Source: Octopus sinensis (Eukaryota). Taken from it: DNA of 64,000 nt. The notes beneath the pieces were generated by a model. That model searched no databases, had not been told where the DNA came from, and worked only from the letters and a program-made list of their open reading frames with translations. A program made the translations under genes and the position numbers. The stretch covers positions 24,180,001 to 24,244,000 of the forward strand of contig NC_043018.1 of the NCBI RefSeq assembly GCF_006345805.1. The letters are read 5' to 3'. Of the stretch, positions 51,047-63,588 are shown one piece after another. Position 1 is the stretch's first letter; each line of letters opens with the position of its first letter.

Positions 51047-51866
51047 TATTTTTGTTATTTTTTATTTGCCCTGTCCGTGTGAGCTAACAATCGTACTGAC
51101 TTTCATGGGAAACATGTATATATATATAAGAGAACAATATATATATGTATATATACGATACGCTTCTTTCATTTGCTCAAGTTGTCACACAGTGGGACTG
51201 AACTCGGAACCATGTGGTTGGGAAGCAAGCTTCTTCCCACACAACCACACTTTTTTTTTTAAATAACATTGTAGGGTATGTATGAAAGGTCGGATTTGAC
51301 CAGCGTGAACATAAAACATGTAGAGTATTTGGGCCAGATAGGCTCACTTTAAATGCTAAGGGGTTTAAAAACACAAGTGTTGTATCAAATCTACTCCCAC
51401 TGCACCCCTCTATAGCACACACTTGGCATTTGCCAAACTTTTGTGAATCCATGACCTCCAGGGTGATGGTTATTGTCCAGGTTAAGAACCGCTGGACTAG
51501 TTCATTCACACCTGTGCATGCTTTGTCAATGCCTGATACCAAGACACACGTTCATTAGATGACATCTTCGACGTACTCAACAATCTTCAAGCGGAACAAT
51601 ACTTTCAGAAGCAGCAGAATTACATTTGCAAACAGAATGTACAAACTGTCAAGATTCGAGTGAGAAACGTTCCTTGTATTTTTCTCCTGACTCCCAAAAT
51701 TTACAATGAAACAGTGATTTGTCCGTCTGCTACCCTTGTGCTGTTTCGATGGCCTTGAACTTTCTCATGCATTAATCCATCGGCCTGGTCTTATACCTAA
51801 ATTTTATCGACCTACAAAGGATGAAGAAAATGGTGACCCACATATACATGCAGGGATGTATGTGTT

Positions 51867-51911
<45 letters not shown>

Positions 51912-53130
51912 GCGCGCACTCACACACACGTATACACATGCATATATAGGTGTATGAGCGTACGATTTGTCAGATACATATAGGGAAAGATAGTCTCATG
52001 CGTGCGCTGAACATATAATTAGACGCATGTAAACGCGCGCGTATACATACACACACATACACACGCATACACACACATACACACGCATACACATTCAGAC
52101 ACACACACACGTTGAGTGACACAGACATCCATAATTACAGAGAAGCACTCTCTTACACACATATAATTACAGAGGAAAGCCCACAAAAATATAATTTAAA
52201 AAAAAAAAAATCAGAAAAATTTCTAAAACAAACATATACATATTTATATAAACTTATGTAGAAAGACGCCCAGAATCACAACACACACATGCATACGCAC
52301 GCACACACACACACACACACACGCACGCACACACACATGCAAATCCATGCGCGCAAACTTACGCACATGCACACATATATACACGCACGTACACATACAA
52401 ATAATTACATAGGAACACGTAATTATATAAGTATATAGATTTCTTACACTGAAATATATTCATATAGATATACACGTTATTACACACACACGCACGCACG
52501 CACGCACACACTCGTATACACACACAGATGCACTAAGTCACACACATAGTACGTGAGAGAGATAGAAAGAGACAGAGACAGACAGAAAGGCAGACAGAGA
52601 GAGGGAGAGAGAAAGTGGGAGAAAGGGACAGAAAGGGAAAAGGGAGAGAAAGAGACAGAGATAAAAAGAGAGTAAGAGAGAGAAATTGAATACTAAGCTG
52701 ACAGATATAACTCGAGAGTTTATAAAGAGGTTAGACTTGCATTATAAGGTTGGGCTAAACGTATGATTACTCGTAATTACATAAACTCGAGCGCAAATAG
52801 AGTTAGATGGAGGGATAAATAGCTGGATGTACGAATAGGAGACAGTTGGTGACACAGAGCTTTTCAGTGGGTCATTTTTGGTGAAGCCATTCTTCGCCTG
52901 TTACATAATTCAGTCACAGTTCTCTCTATGTTAACGTCATTGTTTAATAATAGTGACAGAGAGGGAGAGAGAGACAGAGAGAGAAAGAGAGAGAGAAAAA
53001 GTGATAGACAAAAAAGGATAAAGAATAATGTGAGAGACTTACAAAGTGAAAGAGTCGAATCATTCCAATTGTCTGAGACTTTTGCCATGTGAATAATCGT
53101 CTGAATTAAAATAGCTACACATACGCACGC

Positions 53131-53183
<53 letters not shown>

Positions 53184-53506
53184 ACTTGGTTGTTGGATTA
53201 CAATCGAATCGGCCCCAGTAATAATTATTACGTGTAATGTCTGGTACTTGTTTCATCGGACTTGTTTTGCCGAACTGCTATGATTATTAGGGGCATAAGC
53301 AAATCAGCACAGTCGTCAAATGGTAAGTGATAAACACGCACAAGTTTCCGCATAGTTTTCGTCTACCAAATTTAGCGAGTAGATCATTTAGTCGGCCTGG
53401 GACTATTGCAGAAGACACTTGTCCAAGGTGACGTGCAATAGGACTGAACTTGAGACGTCGTTATTATATACATGCATGCTTACATATATGCATATATAGA
53501 TATAGT

Positions 53507-53861
53507 GAAGGTGCAATGGCTCAGTGGTTAGGGCAGCAGACTCGCGGTTTCGATTCCCAGACCGGGCGTTGTGAGTATTTATTGAGCAAAAACATCTAAA
53601 GTTCCACGAAGCTCCGGCAAGGGGATGGTGGCGAACCCTGCTGTACTCTTTCACCACAACTTTCTCTCACTCTTTCTAACTGTGTCTGTTGTACCTGTAT
53701 TTCAAAGGGCCAGCCTTGTCACACTTTGTGTCACGCTGAGACCTACGTTAAAGGCACACGTGTCTGTGGAGTACTCAGTCACTTGCACGTTAATTTCACG
53801 AGCAGGCTGTTCTGTTGATCGGATCAACTGGAACCGTCGTCGTCGTAACCGACGGAGTGCC
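53507..53861 (+). mobile_element. tRNA-headed SINE family C
   Basis: TGGCTCAGTGG A-box and TTCGATTCC B-box. Inverse copy at 57337-57704; related copies at 20652-20940 (+) and 44580-44872 (-). Confidence 0.8.
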
Positions 53862-54346
53862 ATGACACAGATACATTCATACATACGAATGTATGTACGT
53901 ATGTATACGTTAAGTATCATACATAGATACATAAATGACTATTAGTGCCTCAAATGTTCGTGTGTGTGTGTGTAAGGCAGTCGCTGACGATGTCCTAGAG
54001 AAGCCATTTTGTGCGCCTTATTATTTTGAAGTCGTCATTATCTTTCATTCACTCAGTTAATCATGATACCAAAACTCGATTTCCTTCTGTTAAGACTTCC
54101 AGATGAGGGCAGAAACATCAAACTCCTTCATTCACCAAATGTCGCACATCAGACGAGGTTTCAAGCAGTGAAAATGATGTTGCAAAGCTAATAGCAGTGC
54201 CTCAGCATTACAACAGCTCCCGAATTGAAAATGGTGAGGTGGGGAAGGACAAGGAGAAAATGAGTAGAAAAAGCGCTTTTCTTTGGAACATCGTTGGTGA
54301 CTGCGTTTGTCCTTGTCTCTGTAAGGTTAAATGTTTGTATCAATTA

Positions 54347-54644
54347 CTAGCAGTATCGCCCGGCGTTGCTCGGATTTGTAAGGGAAGTAACTCTATAAGC
54401 ATTTATAGAGTTACTTCCCTTATATAAACCGAGCGAAAATGCATTAAAAATGTGGAAAAATTATGGTAAATTTTTTTTTAAATCGTAGACTCATCGTAGA
54501 CGCGCGCTAATACCCAGAAGGGCTCGTTATGAATCACGACTATAAGATACCCGCTTTTGGTTAAACTGCACCGCAAAATGTGGAAGTAGTTAGGAACCTA
54601 AATCGTAGGAGACAGACACACAACTTCACTTTTATATATAAAGA
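54347..54644 (-). mobile_element. Non-autonomous Helitron (minimal form)
   Basis: Same termini and body as 29011-29306. Confidence 0.85.
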
Positions 54645-55128
54645 TATTTGTTTAATCTGGTGTGTCTGGGGAGAGTCATTTTCTTTTTGTGCCTTATAAT
54701 TTAACACACCCACCGGTAAAATTTCCACTTATTTCTTATTTTTATTTTCCTAGAAATTATAAATTATAAAGCACAAAAAGAAAATGACTTTCCCCAGGCA
54801 CAACAGAATATTCTTCAACACACGAACTCACATAAAGAATCTTGCAAACCAAATCCCAAAACGAAATATTTGTATTAGCTTTGCTTCTACTCGCCTTTGT
54901 GGACGATGTTGCTTCGTTTTATTACTTGTAGACCTTGACACTCCAATTACCTTTATATTAACGAACTTGTTCTATCTCTCCTTGATTGACAACTTGCAGA
55001 CACACCCATCATAAATTTCATATATGGTAACACCTCGGAACGAGGTGACTCGGGTACAGAATGCAAAAGAGCTGCAACAAACAGCAGAATATCGATATCC
55101 ATCGTTTTCGATCATTTATGAGGCGAAC

Positions 55129-55550
55129 GGATCTTTTCGGTTTGAACGGCAGTTTTTTCTAGCGGTGTCATATGAAATTGTTACCCATAATTATGACCCT
55201 AGTATCGATCTATTGCATTTCAATCTGTTTTAGGGTTAGGGTTAGAGTTAGGGGTGGGGGGAAGGGTATCTTTTTTTCTTCACAAATGTAAATAAACCCA
55301 ATCTGTTTCTTAAACGAGGGACATATTCATACGGCACAGAATGTTTTCACCTCAATAGACGTCATTGATTGGTTGAAATTGCAGAAATTGAAGAAAAAAA
55401 CAACAAATATCTTACAAACTATAGAATTTTCTCAATAAAGCCAAGAGAAAAAGATGTTTTATAAACACATTCTACCAGTATACGAATTTTAAAAGTGTTT
55501 AGTTACGTGGAAATGATTTTAAAAAACTGCCGGTCAAACCGAAAAGATCC
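55129..55550 (-). mobile_element. MITE, ~28-bp TIR GGATCTTTTCGGTTTGAACGGCAGTTTT, 7-bp TSD GGCGAAC
   Basis: TIRs at both ends; GGCGAAC at 55122-55128 and 55551-55557; internal TTAGGG-like repeats near 55220-55255. Confidence 0.85.
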
Positions 55551-55721
55551 GGCGAACTGTCTCGTCTAGTTTCAGGTATTCAGTGTTTTTCAACTCTCGG
55601 CGTCTTTAAGGGATACTCCCCCTGGCGCTATACAGCAACTAAGAAGCGTATAAACATAACCCATACAGTATGTAGTATATATAATGTTCGCATTATTAGC
55701 GTTGTTTATAATTCATATTAA

Positions 55722-56119
55722 CTAGCAGTATCGCCCGGCGTTGCTCGGGTTTGTAAGGGAAATAACTATATAAGCATTTTTAGAGATGTAAAGTATAATA
55801 GCCATCACAATATGGCTAACCACAAAGGGGGTGGGTGTTACTGTAGCTTTTTACGTTCTGAGATTTAATAATAAATTTTTAGAGAGTTACTTCCCTTATA
55901 TATGCCAAAAATACATTAAAAATGGGAAAAATTGATGGTAAATTTTTTTTTAAATCGTAGACTCATCGTAGACGCGTGTTAATACCCAGAAGGGCTCGAT
56001 ATGAATCACGACTATAAGATACCCGGTTTTGGTTAAACTGCACCGCAAAATGTGGGAGTAGTTAGGAATCTAAATCGTAGGAGACAGACAGCACACAACC
56101 TCACTTTTATATATAAAGA
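55722..56119 (-). mobile_element. Non-autonomous Helitron with extra 99-bp internal segment
   Basis: Same termini; additional 55787-55885 bounded by direct repeat tttttagaga. Confidence 0.85.
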
Positions 56120-56490
56120 TTTTCTTAGATGTTGATATTCTGATTAAGGAATGTCGCTTGTTGATGACCTGCTGATTAATCAAGTCATTAATCACCTTTT
56201 TGCTCTCTTGATTGTTTTACAGACTGGGAGTTTCGTAACGTTTTACATAATTTAACTTATTGTATCATGTTTACATCAAAATAAAACCTAACCGAATTTT
56301 TCCACCAGGAACCTTTCGTAACGCCTCCCCCTATTGGGAGTTTTTCGTTGTTACACTGTTTTTATAGGTTTTTTTACAAACGGACAAAACCCTTTGTAAC
56401 CTTTCGTCCTGTTTTGTCCCTTTATGTTATAATTAATTTTGTCAGCCCTTGTGGCCAATAAAAGAATTAATTATTATTATGATTATTATT

Positions 56491-57039
56491 GAGTGAGAGA
56501 GCAGTGCATACCATCAAAGTGACACTGGGGTAAAATATACGAATCCCTATATACCCATCATGACTACTCGTCTGATAAGGGTACACTAGGCACATGCATC
56601 ACAACCATATGTGCGCGACATGGTGATCTTATATCAAGGTAAACAGTGTATGACCTTGCAGATGGGGCTCAGTTAGAATTTTCTTCAGGTCGAGTAGCTC
56701 ATCCCGCTCAAATGGTCCCTGAATAAGGGATGTTTAAGGATATTGAACGAAACACTTATGTTTCCAGAGGTGAATTATTCAAACTCCAAAGAATTCCTCT
56801 CAACGCATGGCTAGAGTGCTCCCCCACTACGTCTGCTTGTGATCAGAGATGCACAGATCGTCAGCCACTAAAAGACATGCTCAACTGGTTAAGGGCAAAC
56901 AACTGACAAGCAAATCTGTGGTATTGAGCAGAATATTTGCTGTAGTCCATCTTTTATACCAAGACAAAGCAATGTACATGATAACACTCCCAATCAGTTA
57001 AGATTAGAAACCATGAGAGCCAGTGCCTGGTACTGCATT
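56491..57039 (-). mobile_element. ~550-bp (TAA)n-tailed retro-element, copy 2
   Basis: Same two endpoints as 33054-33577. Confidence 0.7.
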
Positions 57040-57336
57040 AAAGCACTCCCCCTCCTCCTTCTCGTCGTCGTCGTTTGTATGTGAGTACTCAACAGCGGGA
57101 GGGTGAATAAATAATTCGATTCAATAGAACTTCTGTCCCCAAGGTTTCCTGCTGACAGAAATCGGCCTTTATTCTGCCAGAATTCAAATTCTGATACTCC
57201 ACCATTGTAGTTGACTATAGAGAATTGTCGTCTGTGATTTTAATTCTGGCTGAATAAACCTTGATTTCTGTCACCATGAAACCTTTGAGGTCCAGACAAG
57301 TAAGGAACATTGTGTGTATATAAACATTGGAAGGAA

Positions 57337-57704
57337 GCACTCCGTCGGTTACGACGACGAGGGTTCCGGTTGATCCGAATGAACGGAACAGCCTGCTCGT
57401 GAAATTAACGTGTAAGTGGCTGAGCACTCCACAGACACGTGTACCCTTAACGTAGTTCTCGGGGATATTCAGCGTGACACAGAGTGACAAGGCCGGCCCT
57501 TTGAAATACAGGTACAACAGAAACAGGAAGTAAGAGTGAGAGAAAGTTGTGGTAAAAGAGTACAGCAGGGATCACTACCATCCCCTGCCGGAGCCTCGTG
57601 GAACTTTTAGGTGTTTTCGCTCAATAAACACTCACAACGCCCGGTCTGGAAATCGAAACCGCGATCCTATGACCGCGAGTCCGCTGCCCTAACCACTGGG
57701 CCAT
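57337..57704 (-). mobile_element. SINE family C copy
   Basis: Reverse complement of 53507-53861. Confidence 0.8.
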
Positions 57705-58091
57705 ACACTCACGCGCACACACTTATTTGACGCGTGACAATAAAAGAGCGGGGTAGAAAGAGTTCCAGTGTGTTTTTAAGGTGGGTGTGATCGATAGACA
57801 CATATATTTACATACATGGATGGTTATGGTTTCGATTTCCAGATATGGCGATACAGTGGATTCTTGAGCGAGACACTCCTCATGTTATTCAAGTCCAGTG
57901 ACGCCTCATAAATAAAATTAGTTGGGGTGCTGCTTCAGAAAATTTTTAGCCGTTGCTTTAATATTATGTAAAAGGAAACAAACATATAAAAAGTAATTTC
58001 CATCGGCAATAGTACTCGATAAGCATTTTATCCAGTTTGCTAACAATTCTGCTCGTTCGCCACTTCCTGCATCGGCAAATAGTAATGCAAG

Positions 58092-58544
58092 GGATTTTTT
58101 CGGTTTGAACGGCAGTTTTTAAAAATAATTTCCACGTAACTAAACACTTTTAAACTTCGTATACTGGTAGAATGTATTTATAAAACATCTTTTTCTCTTG
58201 GTTTTATTGAGAAAATTCTATAGTTTGTAAGATATTTGTTGTTGTTTTTTCTCTTCAATTTCTGCAATTTCAACCAATCAATGACGTCTATTAAGGTGAA
58301 ATCATTCTGTGCCGTATGAATATGTCCCTCGTTTAAGAAACAGATTGGGTTTATTTACATTTCTGAAGAAAAAAAGATACCCTTCCACCACCCCTACCCC
58401 TAACCCTAACCCTAACTAACCCTAACTCTAACCCTAACCCTAAAATAGATCGAAATGCAATAGATCGATACTAGGGTCATAATTATGGGTGACAATTTCA
58501 TATGACACTGCTAGAAAAAACTGCCGTTCAAACCGAAAAGATCC
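58092..58544 (+). mobile_element. MITE of the same family with expanded internal (CCCTAA)n
   Basis: Same TIR; flanks ATGCAAG / ATGCAAA; CCCTAA-type units at about 58391-58443. Confidence 0.85.
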
Positions 58545-58958
58545 ATGCAAAGCGTTGAAACAGTTGAATAAATTTTTAAACGGTAATCTTCAGGCTCGAT
58601 AAAAATAAGTACAAATCCCCTCTCCACACATCGCCAAAGAGAAAAAGCAAAGTGGCGTTGTGCCTGTTCGAGAAATCGTCCCCTACACTCGTCGCCCTTG
58701 TGGTAATAAAGGAAAAAGATTATTATCGACTTAAGGGCTTGTGTCGAACAGCTGCTATCGCGTGCAGGTCGGATCTGGTTATCAGCTAGCTCTATTGTCA
58801 AGTCTGACACGCTACCTTCCTCTGGCAAGAAAGGGTTGCTAGTTTTCATCTGCCTGGTGGCTATAGCGAAGCAAATGTGTGGTGTAGGCGCAGTTAACGG
58901 GTTTCTGGACGGAGCTTTTCCTTTCTGGATAAGTCCGCATCAACTCTTTCAAGTATCA

Positions 58959-59090
58959 TATAAAAAGGAGGGTGAAAGTAGAGAGAGATAGTCGCTGTCT
59001 TCCAGTGTATTTTATGATAGACGGTTGTCTAAAAGCTAGAATGAACGAGGTGATGCAGCCCTACTACGACTGAAAACGCGGAGTAAGAAA
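58959..59090 (+). promoter_or_regulatory. Candidate TATA promoter and short first exon of an unidentified transcript
   Basis: TATAAAAAGG at 58959, Inr-like ATAGTC about 30 nt downstream, GTAAGA donor-like at 59083, in a non-repetitive CpG-containing island. Confidence 0.3.
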
Positions 59091-59133
59091 CTTTCAAGGC
59101 CTTCCCTGAATCATTCTAGGTGGTTTTTCTCTT

Positions 59134-59617
<484 letters not shown>

Positions 59618-60015
59618 AATTTGCGCGCGTATGCCTTCCCTTTCCTAATATCTGAAAACAAAAACAAAAATTTTTGTCAGTTTCATTTGTCTGTTTTCTG
59701 TCCTGAACATAGGAAACACGAAAACCTCAATTGTTTTGTTTCGTTCAAGTATTGTTGTTCCTCAAGTCTTCGTCTTGTACTAAATAAAGAAAACATTATA
59801 ATTATTCATTATTATCATTATTATTATTTAATTAATAAACGTGGAAACTTCGACATTAAGTTGTTATTTATTTTCTATTTTCTGTCTGTGAATTCGGACA
59901 TTTACTGCCAAAGGGAGTTTTTGCTTTTATTTTCTAATAAACGTAAACATTTAAATACATACGTGCATGTATGCATGTATTTTTTCTTTTATTTCTTTAT
60001 GCATATATATATAAA

Positions 60016-60398
60016 TCTCTCTCTATATAAACGGCAGTTTGTCTGTGCGTTTTCTGTGTGTCTGTTTTCTCGTACCCTCACCCTGACCACGGCTTTCAAC
60101 CGATTCTGATGAAACTTGACACACACATAGCCCAATGTCATAATTCAAAACTAACGCAGCGAAAATTTTGAAAAGTTCCCCCAGTTCTGAAAAAAATCGA
60201 TAAATTCGACATGGGGTCGAGAATCAGAAACCCAAACCACAGACCGTGTAGGGGACGCAACTCCACCTTTTTTAACTCTCAAAAAAATTTACCATCATTT
60301 TTTCCCCATTTTTTTGCTATTTTTTGGCTATAACTCTCTAAAAATGCTTTATAGTTATTTCCCTTACAAACCTGAGCAACGCCGGGCGATACTGCTAG
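60016..60398 (+). mobile_element. Non-autonomous Helitron, different 5' half and the same 3' terminus
   Basis: A|TCTCTCTCTATATAAACGG ... CCTGAGCAACGCCGGGCGATACTGCTAG|T. Confidence 0.8.
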
Positions 60399-60449
<51 letters not shown>

Positions 60450-60685
60450 ATCATGTATATGTATATATCACACACCACACACACGCAAAAATATACGCAA
60501 GACAAAGGCTTAGAATGAAACAGTTGAAATATATACACATAATATTTACACCACTCATTAACTCTCTCTTTTGTATATATATATATATGATGATGATGAT
60601 GATGATACACACCTAACTGCAAATATACACAGTGTCCCGTATATATTTTACTACAAACATATACAAAGGCTTACAGACGTTCTCG

Positions 60686-60717
<32 letters not shown>

Positions 60718-62536
60718 TACACTTTACTGTACACGCACACACACAATCATACATGGTTTGTCTAGGAAGGCTTATAATTAACACACATCACACCATTTCA
60801 CACGCCAAGTACACGTGCAATCACCTACACAACGCATCACAACAAATGACCCAACGAGAGAAGGAGCCTCCATGCGGTCACCCATCGTGCTAAAAACAGC
60901 AGCCAGGTTCTCTCTTAAATCACAACGTATCACCATCTTCACAGGAAAGGAAGACCACAGTAATAAATGAAACACCTTTGTTTATAGGACTCCTGACCTG
61001 GGGCTAAACAACATCATCACCATCATCAACACCGAGAAAATTAACACTAAGCAATCACATATAGAACTCCCCTTTATAAACAACACACACACATTGTGCA
61101 CCTTATACATACACTCCGTATATACATGCTACACATATGCCCATTGCTTTTGGCACCAGCGAGTGCATTCATATATCCTACGAGCAAAACGCCCCTCGTC
61201 CAATGGACGGTACTGAGTTGTCAAACATTTAAACCAAATTTTCTCAACAACTTGTTCGACCGTCCCATAGGCCTCCCCTTCGAGAAACACTAATTTAACC
61301 TAAATTAGAGACACCAGCAAAAGAAGAAATAAAGATAGAATTTTTTCTGTTCCAAAGAAAAAGGATTTTACTCACATGAATATGCAACCGAAGAGTTTAA
61401 AGTACCAGTAATAAGGCAGGTAGAACACAAACATGGTTTAAACAGTAAGCTTGGCGGGAAAGAAACGTGCCTTTAAGCAGTACAAAAACAACAAAAAATG
61501 GAAGGTGCAGTTATGTACAGGTTGACGGAAGAAAAACAGGACAAAAACGGCTTTATCGATCGCATTCTCACCGGGAATCGATTTTTGTAATTTTTTCAAG
61601 ACTTATACACGCCCTGATACCGCCGGTATCTACATATCAAATTTGAGCGCAATCGGATGGAGGATGCCCGAGATCCTAGAAGACACACACACAGAGACAG
61701 ACAGAACGGATTTTATATAATAGATTATAAATTTGAGTGAGAGATACATATATGACATGATCATGATGGAGGATGGATGGAAATTTGAAAAACATATATA
61801 TACACACAAACGACGGGCTTCTTTCAGTTTCCGTCTACCAAATCCACTCAAAAGGTTTTTGTTGAGACCCAAGGTGCTACGCAGTAAGGGACTGAACCCG
61901 GAACCATGCGTTTGAGAAGCGAACTTCTAACCATACGGTCGATGTGTGTGCACACGCGCGTATCTTTGTGTTTTGTGCTTCTTCCCTCACATTTGATAAC
62001 CTATGTTAGTTTGTTTTACGGGGACGTGACTTAGAGGTCCTACAAAAGAAACTGATAATATAAGTACCAGACAAACAATTAAAGAAGAATATATGGATCT
62101 TTACCTTTTGACCGACAGATTTTAAAAATAATTTTTTGTAACTAAACACTTCGGACACTGATAGAATGTGTCATATAAAATATCTTTTACTCTTAGCGTT
62201 TTTGAGAAAAGCTTATATTTAGGAAGTTATTTCACGTTAAAGTTCTCGTATTTCGGTAATTTCAACCAATCAATGACGTGTATTCAGCTGAATACAATTA
62301 CTGCCGTTGTTTGTCAACAGCAACTATCGATGTTTTTATTTTGAGCAAAAACACTTCATCTCACGTTGTTCTACGATCTCTTCAACATCTGACCCGTGGT
62401 ATACAATGCGCCTGTGCAGGCAAAGTTGATTTCATAGAGGGAGTGAGCTTAATGTACGGCACATACGTTTAATCGCTATTAAATTTGTGCTGGTCGTGCG
62501 GCAACAGCTGAACAACTTATACGTCGTCTTCAATGG

Positions 62537-62596
62537 GCGTCAGTTAATAAGCGACTTTAAACTAATGGTTAAATAAAGTCGCTTATTAACTGACGC
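62537..62596. repeat. Perfect 23-bp hairpin with 14-nt loop
   Basis: gcgtcagttaataagcgacttta (62537-62559) / taaagtcgcttattaactgacgc (62574-62596). Confidence 0.9.
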
Positions 62597-62876
62597 TTAA
62601 CTTGTAAAAACTTTTAACTATGGTTTTTATTTTATATTTAAAAGTGAAATGGGGTTCTTTTCCTGTCTTTATTTCTATTTACCTTATAATGCTTTCTGTT
62701 GGTAGCCTTTCGCTTGTGGTTTTTAAATGTTCATTTATCGTAGTCGCAAGCAGACATAAACATCCTCTCGAATAAGTCACCTTCGACCTAACGGACATCT
62801 GTGACATGACAGGTGATGGTCACGGTGGAAATTAGGGAGGAGGGAGTTGCACTCTAATACTTGAGACTGGTACTTT

Positions 62877-62919
<43 letters not shown>

Positions 62920-62938
62920 GTGTGGTGTGTGTGTGTGG

Positions 62939-63005
<67 letters not shown>

Positions 63006-63304
63006 GTATGTATTTATATATGTATATAAATATATATATATATATATATTAATAGTAATGGTAAGACAACAAAAGAATGAAAGAGACCTCGAATTTATCT
63101 GTTAATATAATATGCTGGTGCAGGTTTCCACCACGACATCCGAAACTCAGAGTTTTATTATGGCAACCGAATAATTGTCACATATTATATTATATTATAT
63201 TATATTATATTATATTGACTCAAATATATATTTTTAACCTTCTAAAACAAGCCTTCTGTAGTTTTTTCACGTTTTACTATTTTCTATATATATATATATA
63301 TAAA

Positions 63305-63553
63305 TAGTATCGCCATACTAATATGGCATTCTATAAAAATAAGAAAAAAGCTGTCCGCTTATTAGCTCCATGAGGCCATCGCCTTAAGTTAGCTATTTGA
63401 TACACAAACTGTATCCATATAACCTCGAACAAGGGAGGTCAGTCGCTCCACATACTTATTTTTATAAGAATGCCATATTAGTATGGCGATAACTAATTTT
63501 CCGGGAACGCTGCCGCTGTTCTCTTTAGAGAGACTTAGTTATTTTAATATTTC

Positions 63554-63557
<4 letters not shown>
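63305..63557 (+). mobile_element. Shorter member of the 47-48 kb fold-back family (inverted 5' piece joined to the 3' end)
   Basis: 63308-63456 matches the left arm; 63457-63557 is the reverse complement of X plus the arm start. (TA)n on both sides. Confidence 0.7.

Positions 63558-63586
<29 letters not shown>

Positions 63587-63588
<2 letters not shown>

Larger units (their letters stand above)
49936..51118 (+). mobile_element. Non-coding Penelope-like pLTR / retrozyme-like element: inverted 5' copy plus partial tandem
   Basis: Blocks: P 49936-50080, Q ~50081-50383, P' 50380-50525, R ~50526-50587, S, Q' ~50613-50910, P' 50911-51056, R 51057-51118, then (TA)n. The hammerhead lies in P/P'. 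Inverted and partial-tandem pLTRs carrying hammerheads are established features of Penelope-like elements. Confidence 0.7.

Noticed and set aside
51481-51750. Unique stretch with acceptor-like (51478-51480) and donor-like (51660) sites and short open frames
   Set aside because: All three frames close within the putative exon and no peptide is recognisable.
53507-53570. tRNA-like sequences with A and B boxes (also 17519, 18021, 20652, 38918, 44897)
   Set aside because: They are SINE heads continuing into repeat bodies; no complete cloverleaf.
58391-58443. Telomere or chromosome-fusion remnant
   Set aside because: The CCCTAA units are internal to a MITE and present in shorter form in its other copies.
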